Shown here: piece after piece, positions 40,468-49,455 of the stretch
Numbering within the stretch: position 1 is the stretch's first letter
Layout: each line of letters opens with the position of its first letter
NCBI GenBank assembly: GCA_041653995.1
Contig: JBAZEK010000001.1
Span: forward strand, 1,030,613 to 1,094,612
Reading direction: 5' to 3'
Length of the DNA stretch: 64,000 bases
Source: Dehalococcoidia bacterium
GTDB taxonomy: Bacteria; Chloroflexota; Dehalococcoidia; GIF9; UBA5629
Made by a program: the position numbers and the translations under genes
Notes under the pieces: generated by a model
Told to the model about the DNA's origin: nothing
What the model saw: only the letters and a program-made list of their open reading frames with translations
The model's database searches: none

Positions 40468-41880
40468 ATGAAATATTTACTTGCTTGTTTCATAGCACTA
40501 TTCGTTATATCAGCCTGCACACCAAATAACTCAATAAACAACGTTGAGACATTCCCAAAAATCGGAGATAAGATACCGAATATCTCATGGACTACTATCA
40601 ATGGCGAAAAGATTGATTTAAATCAGTTTAAAGGCAGTTGGGTGCTACTATGCTATTGGTGCTCTTGCCCTGTACATAGGAATGACATACTGACTATTCA
40701 TAATGTTTATGATTCATTATATGATAAGAATCTCGATGTCATTGTAATTAATGATACTTATGCTCAGATAGAATTAGAGGCATTTGGAAAACAAAACAAT
40801 GTACCGTTTTATTTAATTGAAGATAATCAAAAAACAATTGATAAACTTGTACCATTTGGCAACAGGCCAATATATCTCTTAATTGATGGGAGTGGGGATT
40901 TACATGCTATCGAAATAGGTACATTTCGCTCTGGCGAAAATAGCGTTAACAATGTAATCAATTTCCTTGATGATGTGATTAAGGTAAGAATCGATAATAT
41001 TACAGTCACTAATATTACTTCAAATAGGGCAACTGTGAGATGGAAAACAGATAAGGCAGTACCGTGTTGGTTGGAAATTCACCCCCAAGGTGACCCAATC
41101 GGAAAGTGCATCGGCAAGACAAATCCAAATACATTTCATGAATTGATATTAAACTGTAATCCCAACACAGCTTACACTTTTAACGTAGCTGCTAGTGGAT
41201 TAGATAATTCTTTAATTAACGATGCAAGCAATCGTAGTAGTGAATTTTCATTTCAAACATTACCAAATTGGGTTACTTCTTTATATGAGGTTGACTCTAC
41301 TAAACCAAAAATATCGAATGTTAAAGTTTCTATAATTACAGATACGAGTGCAGAGTTATATTGGGAAACTGATGTGGAAGCTCAAGTCACCGCTACAATC
41401 TGTAAATATATATCCAGTACTGATGCGCCCTTAAACTCCCAGAAAATTGATTTTATAGAAGACATATATTTTACAAAGAAACATAGCTTTACAATTAGCT
41501 CTCTTGAGCCAAGACGATTATATGACGTTGGTTTAAATGCCAAAGATAGAATGGGAAGGGTTGCCGATTACAGTGTCGAATTTTTAACACAACCTTCAAA
41601 TTATACTCACGGAGCGAAGATATCCAATATATCTTTATATGACATCACGGACAGGAGTGCTAAATTAAAATGGTCAACTGACAAGTCAGTATGGAGTTCA
41701 GCCTGCTATAAATATGAGTGCTCTTCTGGGGACATCAACACTGAGCATTCATATACACTATCCTATGGTCTGGAACCCGATACAGAATACTGGGTGCAAA
41801 TTCTAGCACATGGGGAATCGGTATCTGATGTATTCAACTTCAGAACATTAAAGACAACAGATAAGGTAGATATGAAATGA
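40468..41880 (+). CDS. lipoprotein: TlpA-like thioredoxin-fold domain with variant CYWCSC motif plus three FN3/PAP-N-like domains
   Basis: Identical signal peptide MKYLLACFIALFVISAC. IGDKIPNISW...WVLLCYWCSCPVHRND. Three ~95-aa domains of type ITVTNITSNRATVRWKTD / VKVSIITDTSAELYWETD / ISNISLYDITDRSAKLKWSTD. Confidence 0.7.
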   Translation: MKYLLACFIALFVISACTPNNSINNVETFPKIGDKIPNISWTTINGEKIDLNQFKGSWVLLCYWCSCPVHRNDILTIHNVYDSLYDKNLDVIVINDTYAQIELEAFGKQNNVPFYLIEDNQKTIDKLVPFGNRPIYLLIDGSGDLHAIEIGTFRSGENSVNNVINFLDDVIKVRIDNITVTNITSNRATVRWKTDKAVPCWLEIHPQGDPIGKCIGKTNPNTFHELILNCNPNTAYTFNVAASGLDNSLINDASNRSSEFSFQTLPNWVTSLYEVDSTKPKISNVKVSIITDTSAELYWETDVEAQVTATICKYISSTDAPLNSQKIDFIEDIYFTKKHSFTISSLEPRRLYDVGLNAKDRMGRVADYSVEFLTQPSNYTHGAKISNISLYDITDRSAKLKWSTDKSVWSSACYKYECSSGDINTEHSYTLSYGLEPDTEYWVQILAHGESVSDVFNFRTLKTTDKVDMK

Positions 41881-41907
41881 AAGAAAATCAAAAGGGAGGT
41901 AAAGAAG

Positions 41908-42084
41908 ATGGTAGCAAATAAGAAGAAGTATTATGCAGGGGAATCAGCTAAAGTCTCTGGCAAATACAACGAATGCAGATTGGGCACAGGCAAAACAGGA
42001 GTAACAGCAAATGTCAAGAAGGGGGATACACTCCCACCACATAAAATAGGAGCTCATTGGGAGTTATCAAGAAAATCTAAATAA
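41908..42084 (+). CDS. small ORF (58 aa) with strong RBS, not in supplied track
   Basis: AAAGGGAGGTAAAGAAG precedes the ATG at 41908. It encodes MVANKKKYYAGESAKVSGKYNECRLGTGKTGVTANVKKGDTLPPHKIGAHWELSRKSK. Confidence 0.3.
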   Translation: MVANKKKYYAGESAKVSGKYNECRLGTGKTGVTANVKKGDTLPPHKIGAHWELSRKSK

Positions 42085-42316
42085 TATAGACATATTTAAG
42101 AAAGTGGTGACTTATAAAACTTCATGCTGTCCTGAAAGCTGAATGACCGAGTATATCTTTGCACCATAATAAAGTTCAGCCAAGGCACCGTTAAAATGTA
42201 CTACAGAATTGTTCTAAAGGGCCAAAATGGGGTATATAATATAGGGCATGACAGATTCTTCCTGCCTGAGCTTTTCAAGCTTAATTATTGAACAAATAAC
42301 TATGAAATCCTGATTG

Positions 42317-43081
42317 CTAACGAGGTAACTGATTTGAGCCGTTCACATCTTTGTAGACTTGAAGAGCATCCTCAAAGGATAAAGATTTTGAATACCTTTC
42401 AACCATAGAAATGCTTTCCCAACCGCCTAGATTTTGCACAATACGAGTGGATAACCCAGACTTAATATTGTGAATACAAAACCCTCTTCTATAGCTATGG
42501 GCGTTGGACTTAATGCCAGTTTCTTTAGACAATCGTTTAAGCATAGTTTTAATGCCAGCTCTTGATATTTCAAAACTATCATGCTCATCAAACCACTTTC
42601 CGATAACACCATTACCAGCTAAAGCCTTACGATACTTGTTACCCTTGCCCAGAATGGTTACTGTACCTTCACCCCAGTCAAAGTCTTTAGCGTGCACATT
42701 AGCACATTCACTCAGCCTTACTCCTGAGTACCATAAGAAACTAATTAATGCTCTATCACGTTCACAATGACAATGATTTATCAGAACTTCTAATTGTTCT
42801 TTTGATACCGCAGGCAATAGCTTCTTTTGAATTTTTGGGCTAGGAACTTTGTCAATAACCTTGTCGTGAATATAGCTATTGCTGTATAGCCATGAAATGA
42901 GAGTTTTGAGAGCTTGATAGAATCTTGCTTTGCCATTATGACAGGTAAGTGATTTTAGATAAGCATTAACTCCATCTGGACTTAGGGGATAACCAATAAA
43001 ATGAGTTAAAGTATATTCGTAAAATTCAATAGTTCGCTTACTACAACCATCGGGGCGAGAAGAAATAAACTTCTCCAACAA
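42317..43081 (-). CDS. int: tyrosine recombinase / integrase (short XerC/D-like)
   Basis: 254 aa with catalytic R (WYSGVRLSE), K (LGKGNKYRK), HSYRRG (HxxR), R and the terminal VERY tyrosine. Its start is 63 nt from tRNA-Val. Confidence 0.85.
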   Translation of the reverse strand: MLEKFISSRPDGCSKRTIEFYEYTLTHFIGYPLSPDGVNAYLKSLTCHNGKARFYQALKTLISWLYSNSYIHDKVIDKVPSPKIQKKLLPAVSKEQLEVLINHCHCERDRALISFLWYSGVRLSECANVHAKDFDWGEGTVTILGKGNKYRKALAGNGVIGKWFDEHDSFEISRAGIKTMLKRLSKETGIKSNAHSYRRGFCIHNIKSGLSTRIVQNLGGWESISMVERYSKSLSFEDALQVYKDVNGSNQLPR

Positions 43082-43143
43082 TTCTTTTGTGAACTTTTTG
43101 TAGCTAACTTGTGAATATTGTGAAATTGAGCTGTAGTTTTCTT

Positions 43144-43219
43144 TGGTGGGCGATACTGGATTTGAACCAGTGACCCCCTGTGTGTAAGACAGGTGCTCTA
43201 ACCGCTGAGCTAATCGCCC
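43144..43219 (-). tRNA. tRNA-Val (anticodon TAC); integration target
   Basis: 76-nt cloverleaf. Anticodon loop CTTACAC. CCA is encoded. It is highly similar to canonical tRNA-Val. Confidence 0.9.
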
Positions 43220-43226
43220 TGGGGAG

Positions 43227-43302
43227 TGGCACGCCTGGTGGGGCTTGAACCCACGGCCTCAGCCTCCGCAGGGCTGCGCTCTATCCACTGAGCTACAGGC
43301 GC
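43227..43302 (-). tRNA. tRNA-Arg-like with anticodon GCG as read
   Basis: 76-nt cloverleaf. Its overall sequence resembles tRNA-Arg(CCG), but the anticodon loop reads CTGCGGA. CCA is encoded. Confidence 0.7.
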
Positions 43303-43308
43303 ATAAAA

Positions 43309-43396
43309 TGGTGCCGAAGGTGGGAGTTGAACCCACACATCCGTTACGGATACTACGCCCTGAACGTAGCGCGTCTGCCATTCCGCCACTTCGGCC
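43309..43396 (-). tRNA. tRNA-Leu (anticodon CAG), long variable arm
   Basis: 88 nt. Anticodon loop TTCAGGG. A long extra arm and an encoded CCA are present. Confidence 0.85.
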
Positions 43397-43397
43397 C

Positions 43398-43470
43398 TGG
43401 GCAGCACAGGATTTGAACCTGTGACCCCTTGCGTGTGAAGCAAGTGCTCTAACCGCTGAGCTAGCCGCCC
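43398..43470 (-). tRNA. tRNA-Val (anticodon CAC)
   Basis: 73 nt without encoded CCA. Anticodon loop TTCACAC. Acceptor and T arms resemble the Val(TAC) gene. Confidence 0.85.
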
Positions 43471-43605
43471 TCTAACGCTATATTTTATTCTTTAACAAGG
43501 TTTAAAAGCAAGGCGAACCGCCCCGTACAATCATAGTTCATCAGGATTTATAAGCCCGCGCTGTGGACATCCCTCTACTCCAATGCATATAATTCAACTA
43601 CACCC

Positions 43606-44448
43606 ATGTTATCTTTTAAGCCGCTTGAAGCCGGCCCATCATCGCTGCTGAGTGTCCTCATCCTGCTTGCCGTGCTGGCTGTGGCCTGTGCATCACCCCT
43701 GCCGTCGCAACCGACGCCGGGCGACGATAATTCTCAACCCACGGCTGAGCCGGCGCAGATACCGGCTGCTCCTCCACCGGAACCGGCTGAATCCGAGAAC
43801 GTCTCCACAACAGTTGCCACTCCGGGATCGCCCGTCCGGATAAAGCTTATCCACTACAGGGGCACGCTCAGCAGGATCGGTTGCTGCAATCCGGGACTTT
43901 ACGAGAGAGATGAATTCGTTGTCATCCAGAATGTCGGAGATACGTATGTCGATATCGTCGACTGGCGTCTGACCAATATTACCAGGGGCTATCCCACTTT
44001 CATATTCCCGTCGCACTTCCCCTGCGTCCCCTACGAGCTGCCGCCGCCGGACCCGACCGAGGAAATAATATCGACCGAAAGCTATTACTCCTTGACCAAG
44101 AACCCGGCGCAGTCCGAGATCTACAGGTTCACGACAAATCCCCAGCAGTCCAAACCGACCAATGTGCCCAACAGTGAAATAGACTGGGCTTCATGCACGC
44201 CGGTGGAACCGCTGGACGAGACGCCCATGCAGCCGATAGCGGGCGAACAGGGAGTGCCGCCGCAGTGCATCCTCTACCCCGGTCAAACGATACTGGTATT
44301 CACAGATGAAATTCACTGCCAGACCGGAGGCTTCTCCTTCAACTGGGGACTGGGCAATATCTGGAACAACGTGACCGCCGATACGGCCGCGCTGTATAAC
44401 GCCCGCGGCGAAGAGGTATCGCGCAGGAGCTACCTTGTCGGCAGATAG
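43606..44448 (+). CDS. secreted lamin-tail-domain (LTD) protein
   Basis: Signal peptide, a P-rich linker, then DEFVVIQNVGDTYVDIVDWRLTN, which is typical of an LTD beta-sandwich. Confidence 0.6.
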   Translation: MLSFKPLEAGPSSLLSVLILLAVLAVACASPLPSQPTPGDDNSQPTAEPAQIPAAPPPEPAESENVSTTVATPGSPVRIKLIHYRGTLSRIGCCNPGLYERDEFVVIQNVGDTYVDIVDWRLTNITRGYPTFIFPSHFPCVPYELPPPDPTEEIISTESYYSLTKNPAQSEIYRFTTNPQQSKPTNVPNSEIDWASCTPVEPLDETPMQPIAGEQGVPPQCILYPGQTILVFTDEIHCQTGGFSFNWGLGNIWNNVTADTAALYNARGEEVSRRSYLVGR

Positions 44449-44586
44449 CGGCATGTTTTTCTCCCCGAATTATTAAGTTTATTGATTTATTTAATACCTG
44501 TGTATATAATCAAGAAAATGGTTAAACATAGTCCGCCGGAAATACGTTTTCTCTATGGATAGTTATGGATGTGATGGAGAGATGAA

Positions 44587-45612
44587 ATGCAGCAATGGAT
44601 AAGATGCACCAGATGCGGCGCCAATAATGCTCCCGGACAGAAATTCTGTAACGCATGCGGTACACCCCTGCCGACCGTCTGCCCCAATTGCGGAACCCCG
44701 GCAGGTCCCGGCAGCACTTTCTGCGCCAGGTGCGGCATGACATTCAGCGGTATGCCCCAGCAGACCGGATATTACCCTCCGCAGCAGCCGGGATATCCTC
44801 AGCAACCTGGCTATCCGCAGCAACCGGCATATCCGCAACAGCCGGGCTATCCTCAGCAACCGGGCTATCCTCAGCAACCGGGCTATCCGCAACAGCCGGG
44901 ATACCCGCAACAGCCTGGATATCCGCAGCAGCCCCCCGGCTACCCGCCTCAACAGACCGGCTATTATCCTCCGCAGCAGCCGGGTTATCCTCCACAGCCG
45001 GGATATCCGCAGCAACCGCCCGGTTATCCGCCGCAGCCGGGATATCCGCAACAGCCCGGCTATCCCCAGCAACCGGGATATCCGCCGGGCTATCCTCCGC
45101 AGCAGCCGCCACGCGGAGCGTATCCGCCGGGCGCAAGGCCACCCCAGCAAGGCGGCGGCAAAGGCATGCTCATATTGCTGCTGGTTGTTCTGATTGCCGG
45201 CCTGGCAGGCTTCGGTTACTGGGCTTACAGCCAGGGCTACCTCAAGGGCATACTTAACTTCGGCAGCGATAACACCACCACCTCCACAGGGAAACAGAAG
45301 GACACTGTGCCGCCCACCATCAGCGGCGTAGAAGTTAGCGCCAAGGCCATAAACGAAGTCGGCATTATCTGGAAGACGGACAAGCCATCCAGTTCTCAGG
45401 TGGAATGGGGTCCCAAGGGATCGTTCGGCAACAAGACGACACTACAGGATGACCCCGTGAGCGGTACCAGCATCGGTGTCACCGATCACGGGGTTATCGT
45501 CAAGGGATTAACGGCAAATACTGAATACCAGTACCGTGTGTTATCACATACCGACGGCAACGTTGACGCCGTATCCGCCACCAATACTTTCACGACACCT
45601 TCGGCAGATTAA
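44587..45612 (+). CDS. double zinc-ribbon / PQQPGY-repeat / TM / FN3-like surface protein
   Basis: N-terminus [23 protein letters not shown]. About 25 PQQPGY hexapeptide repeats are encoded by an 18-bp DNA tandem. Then a TM helix and a C-terminal Ig/FN3-like domain. Confidence 0.6.
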   Translation: MQQWIRCTRCGANNAPGQKFCNACGTPLPTVCPNCGTPAGPGSTFCARCGMTFSGMPQQTGYYPPQQPGYPQQPGYPQQPAYPQQPGYPQQPGYPQQPGYPQQPGYPQQPGYPQQPPGYPPQQTGYYPPQQPGYPPQPGYPQQPPGYPPQPGYPQQPGYPQQPGYPPGYPPQQPPRGAYPPGARPPQQGGGKGMLILLLVVLIAGLAGFGYWAYSQGYLKGILNFGSDNTTTSTGKQKDTVPPTISGVEVSAKAINEVGIIWKTDKPSSSQVEWGPKGSFGNKTTLQDDPVSGTSIGVTDHGVIVKGLTANTEYQYRVLSHTDGNVDAVSATNTFTTPSAD

Positions 45613-45644
45613 CCCTCCTTTTCGCTGCGTTTACAGATTTTCTA

Positions 45645-46529
45645 ATGTATCAATCAACAGTACCCTGCCCTAAATGCGGCGCGCAGAACCTGCGGGGACA
45701 GTGGGTATGCGCGTACTGCGGAAATACGCTTGTCGTTTATTGTCCATCCTGCCATACCGGCAACGCCATCGACAGCCAGTATTGCCACGCCTGCCATGCA
45801 GTTCTCGCGTATACCGGCGTTCCGCCGGCTCAACCACAGTATCAACCCCAACCCCAGCAGCCTCAACCATATCCGCAGTACCCGCAATATCCTCCCGGGC
45901 AAACTGACCAGGGCCAGTACCCTCCGCAGTATCCACCCTACCCTCCACCCGGTTATCCACCACAGCAACCACCCTACCCGGACTACCAGGCCGGATACGG
46001 CCAGCCCGGCGATTATAAACCATACTCGGTTCACGGCGGCGAAGCCTACGCCGGAGGCGGGCTGGACGGCCTGATCGACAGGCTCAAAGAGTTCGTGCGC
46101 AATACCAATCCCATTCTCCTCTCTTCGCTGGTGGTGCTGGTAGTCGGTCTGACCATCTTCCTCATCCTGGCCTTCCAGTTCGGCTGGATCAAGACGGGTT
46201 CGGCGCCCAAAGTAGAAACAGTTAAAGATACCACAGCTCCTGTGATAACTTATTTAACTTATGAGCCCGGTGAAAATAGAAGCATTATAATAATTTGGGC
46301 AACCAATGAGCCAGCAAGTACGCGGGTCGAGTGGGGTATCGCACCTGTTTTCAACCAATTCACACTTATAGAAAACGATCCCCAAGTTGGCCAAGGTACA
46401 CTTTCACATAGGGTAACATTGACTAACCTGCTACCAAACACCAGCTATATTTACCGCGCAATATCATATGACAAAGCAGGGAACAAATGCATGAGTCCTA
46501 CTATGCCATTCCAAACTACGAACTACTAG
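45645..46529 (+). CDS. zinc-ribbon / P,Q,Y-rich / TM / FN3-like surface protein (paralog)
   Basis: CPKCGAQN..CAYCG..CPSCH..CHACH, a PQY-rich tract, a TM helix and a C-terminal FN3-like domain. Confidence 0.6.
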   Translation: MYQSTVPCPKCGAQNLRGQWVCAYCGNTLVVYCPSCHTGNAIDSQYCHACHAVLAYTGVPPAQPQYQPQPQQPQPYPQYPQYPPGQTDQGQYPPQYPPYPPPGYPPQQPPYPDYQAGYGQPGDYKPYSVHGGEAYAGGGLDGLIDRLKEFVRNTNPILLSSLVVLVVGLTIFLILAFQFGWIKTGSAPKVETVKDTTAPVITYLTYEPGENRSIIIIWATNEPASTRVEWGIAPVFNQFTLIENDPQVGQGTLSHRVTLTNLLPNTSYIYRAISYDKAGNKCMSPTMPFQTTNY

Positions 46530-46632
46530 TAGAAACGCACCCTGCCTCAAAGCCCGCGTAACATCCGACACCGATCATACATTGCTCCGGGCCCGCATTG
46601 GACATACAATATTAAGCATTTAAGGGATTATC

Positions 46633-46917
46633 ATGCAGCAAAACTTTCTCTGTCCCATCTGCTGGCAAGAAAATACGGCCGGCAGCACGGTGTGCAGCCA
46701 CTGCCACTCACAACTCGGCGTTCTGGGCGCCGTCAATTCCAATTGCCCCCATCCCGGCTGCCGATGGCCGCGCGTACCCTACGACCGCTTCTGCGGCAAC
46801 TGCGGAAGCCCTCTGCAACCCATCTGCCCTAACTGCGGCAACAACATCTCCAGGGACTCGAGATACTGCCCCAAATGCAGCTTTTTCTGCGGCGGGGGCC
46901 GGGAAGGATTAAAATAA
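46633..46917 (+). CDS. stand-alone double zinc-ribbon protein
   Basis: 94 aa with four CxxC pairs. Confidence 0.5.
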   Translation: MQQNFLCPICWQENTAGSTVCSHCHSQLGVLGAVNSNCPHPGCRWPRVPYDRFCGNCGSPLQPICPNCGNNISRDSRYCPKCSFFCGGGREGLK

Positions 46918-46942
46918 TCATATAGCACTGCTGGAGAAGTAT

Positions 46943-47263
46943 ATGGCTGATATCCTTGACGAAGCTCAATCGTTATTACAGTGCAAGACCTGCCCCTGGT
47001 ATAAGAACTGCGTCCTGCCTGTCCGCGTGACGGAGCTCGACCTGAAAAAGCAACTCGGCTCGAATATATCTTTCTCCACGCCTCCCGGCATGGAGGACCT
47101 GGGTCTCAACCAGTTGCTGGGGGGTCTGGCTTCAGCCGCCGAAAATTCGATGCTGGAAGGCTGCCCGGTTTTCATCGATAGACTGCGCTCCAATCCCAAT
47201 CTGGCCCTGCGCATTAAAAAGGTCATGCAGGAGTGGTCGGACGAAAGCGGCGACCAGCAATAG
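46943..47263 (+). CDS. hypothetical protein
   Basis: 106 aa ORF immediately upstream of xth. Confidence 0.35.
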   Translation: MADILDEAQSLLQCKTCPWYKNCVLPVRVTELDLKKQLGSNISFSTPPGMEDLGLNQLLGGLASAAENSMLEGCPVFIDRLRSNPNLALRIKKVMQEWSDESGDQQ

Positions 47264-47266
47264 CTG

Positions 47267-48130
47267 ATGAGCGATCAGATCAAGCTTATCTCCTGGAACG
47301 TGGTCAGCATGCGAAACATGCTGGATAAGGCCAACCTGGCGCCGGACGGACAACCACATTTGCCCTTTCTCGACTGGTTGAAACGGGAATCGCCCGACGT
47401 TGTCTGTTTCCAGGAAACGAAGCTGCAGCAGTCCCAGCTCCCTCCCGCCCTCGAAAACCCGGCCGGCTACTTCACGCTCTGGAATTTCGCAGAGAAGAAG
47501 GGCTACAGCGGTGTGGCCACATTCAGCCGTAATAAGCCTCTTTCCCACAGCAGCGGGCTGGGGATAGAAAGGTTCGACAGCGAGGGCAGGGTGCTGATGA
47601 CCGAACACCCCGGATTCAAACTCTTCAACATCTATTTTCCCAAGGCCTATTCGCCAAAGGAGGTGGCCACAGCCCGCAAAGAGGGCGCAGGAAATGCCGA
47701 TAAAATGGCGGAACGGCTGCCCTTCAAGCTGGCCTTTTACGATGCGCTGCTGGAACACGTGGACCGATTATCGGAGCGGGGCGAAAAAATTGTTATCTGC
47801 GGCGACTTCAATGTAGCCCATACCGAGATAGACCTTGCCCGTCCCAGGGAAAACCGCGAGACCTCCGGATTCCTGCCCGAGGAACGCGCATGGATGGATA
47901 AGCTGATCGACCATGGGTACGTCGACACCTTCCGCCATATCTATAAGGACGCCGGGCATTACACCTGGTGGAGCTACCGCTTCAAAGCACGGGAAAAAGA
48001 TATCGGTTGGCGTCTCGACTATTTCTTTATCTCACGCAATCTGACCGAATCGCTGACCGGCGCATTCATCCTCAAAAACGTGCTGGGATCGGACCACTGC
48101 CCGGTGGGCATAACGTTGAAAATAGGCTGA
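47267..48130 (+). CDS. xth: exodeoxyribonuclease III / AP endonuclease (EEP family)
   Basis: LISWNV..., CFQETK, ICGDFNVAHTEIDL and a GSDHCPV C-terminal motif. Confidence 0.9.
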   Translation: MSDQIKLISWNVVSMRNMLDKANLAPDGQPHLPFLDWLKRESPDVVCFQETKLQQSQLPPALENPAGYFTLWNFAEKKGYSGVATFSRNKPLSHSSGLGIERFDSEGRVLMTEHPGFKLFNIYFPKAYSPKEVATARKEGAGNADKMAERLPFKLAFYDALLEHVDRLSERGEKIVICGDFNVAHTEIDLARPRENRETSGFLPEERAWMDKLIDHGYVDTFRHIYKDAGHYTWWSYRFKAREKDIGWRLDYFFISRNLTESLTGAFILKNVLGSDHCPVGITLKIG

Positions 48131-48153
48131 GCAGGCCTTAATATAAAGGGTAT

Positions 48154-48453
48154 ATGATCGACGCCCTGCACGAACTGAAAAACAATATAGCGCGCGTAGA
48201 GCAGAGCCATCCCCACCTGGGCAACGACCTTTCATCCACATGCGACAGGGCCATCACGGAACTGCAGGAGATCCACCGACGGCAGCGCATGGCCGGGACG
48301 AGGGATAGCGCTGAAGCCGCGCCGCGGACAACCGGGACCAATCCCCTTTCGCAGATGATCGATAAGACAGGCGCCTGTATCATAAGCGGACTGGACAGGA
48401 TGGGCGACGCCATCATATTTCTCTTCGTAAAGATCGGCAGGGTATTCAGTTAG
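48154..48453 (+). CDS. hypothetical protein
   Basis: 99 aa ORF. Confidence 0.3.
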   Translation: MIDALHELKNNIARVEQSHPHLGNDLSSTCDRAITELQEIHRRQRMAGTRDSAEAAPRTTGTNPLSQMIDKTGACIISGLDRMGDAIIFLFVKIGRVFS

Positions 48454-48498
48454 ACGCCTGATTTCAATACAAAGCGGCTTCTCTGTTAAGATATTTGC

Positions 48499-49443
48499 AT
48501 GAAAAAAACGCAGCGCATCGCTGTGATAGGCGCCGGCGCCGTGGGAAGCTATTACGGGGGACGTCTGGCCGAGGCCGGACATGATGTCCGATTCCTGGTC
48601 AGGCGTGATTACCATACCGTCAGGTCGTCCGGCCTGAATGTAACCAGTCCGGACGGGGATTTCCTGCTGGCACGTCCTTTTACAGCTGCAGACAGCACGG
48701 AGATAGGTACGGTGGACTGGGTGATCTGCGCGCTCAAGTCAACCTCCATTCATGCCGCACACAAGCTGGTCCAGCCCTGCGTGGGCGCCGACACCCGCAT
48801 ACTGGTGCTGATGAACGGCCTGGGATTGGAGGACCATTTCGCCGGGTGGTTCGGCCAAGAACGCATATTCGGAGGCCTGGCCTTTACCTGTATCAACAGA
48901 GGCAAGCCCGGTAACGTGCATCACCTGGCATACGGAACGGTTACACTGGGACACTACAAAAACGATCAAGGCGAGATCGACAAAGCCCTTGCGCTGTGGT
49001 CGGGCAGCAAAACCAGCGTTGTCTCAGCGTCCTCGCTTTTGAAGGCCCGCTGGGAGAAGCTTTGCTGGAATATACCTTTCAGCGGCCTGTGCGTGGCCGG
49101 CGGAGGTATCACGACCGACCGCATCATGGCGGACGAAGGACTGCGCGCCGCTGCAAAGGCATTGATGCAGGAAGTCATATGCGCGGGAAACGCCGACCTG
49201 GCATATCACGGCGAAAAATCCGACATCGACCGCAATACAATAATAAATAGTCTGTTTCAGAAGACTTCCACCATGGGAGCATATAAGCCGAGCACCATGA
49301 TCGATTTCGTGGAGGGCAAGGCTATGGAGGTCGACGCCATCTTCGCTGAGCCGCTACGGCGCGCCCGTGAACTCAAGGTCCCCACCCACCGCCTTGCGCT
49401 GCTTACAACCCTGCTGAGATCCCTCAACCACGGCCGGCAATAG
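48499..49443 (+). CDS. panE: 2-dehydropantoate 2-reductase (ketopantoate reductase) family
   Basis: IAVIGAGAVGSYYGGRLAEAGHDV Rossmann N-terminus typical of ApbA/PanE. Confidence 0.8.
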   Translation: MKKTQRIAVIGAGAVGSYYGGRLAEAGHDVRFLVRRDYHTVRSSGLNVTSPDGDFLLARPFTAADSTEIGTVDWVICALKSTSIHAAHKLVQPCVGADTRILVLMNGLGLEDHFAGWFGQERIFGGLAFTCINRGKPGNVHHLAYGTVTLGHYKNDQGEIDKALALWSGSKTSVVSASSLLKARWEKLCWNIPFSGLCVAGGGITTDRIMADEGLRAAAKALMQEVICAGNADLAYHGEKSDIDRNTIINSLFQKTSTMGAYKPSTMIDFVEGKAMEVDAIFAEPLRRARELKVPTHRLALLTTLLRSLNHGRQ

Positions 49444-49455
49444 GGCCCGAGGCCG

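Larger units (their letters stand above)
31092..43194. mobile_element. ~12.1-kb integrative genomic island inserted at the 3' end of tRNA-Val(TAC), bounded by a 51-bp perfect direct repeat (attL 31092-31142, attR 43144-43194)
   Basis: A 51-nt stretch matching the 3' part of the tRNA-Val(TAC) gene recurs at 31092-31142. A tyrosine recombinase gene abuts the tRNA. Xis-like and XRE genes are present. GC falls from ~60% in the flanks to ~35% inside. Confidence 0.85.

Noticed and set aside
43210-43443. 77-aa minus-strand ORF
   Set aside because: It is composed entirely of the three tRNA genes (Arg-like, Leu, Val-CAC).
44563-45150. 195-aa minus-strand ORF rich in RISRLLR repeats
   Set aside because: It is the antisense translation of the 18-bp PQQPGY tandem repeat.
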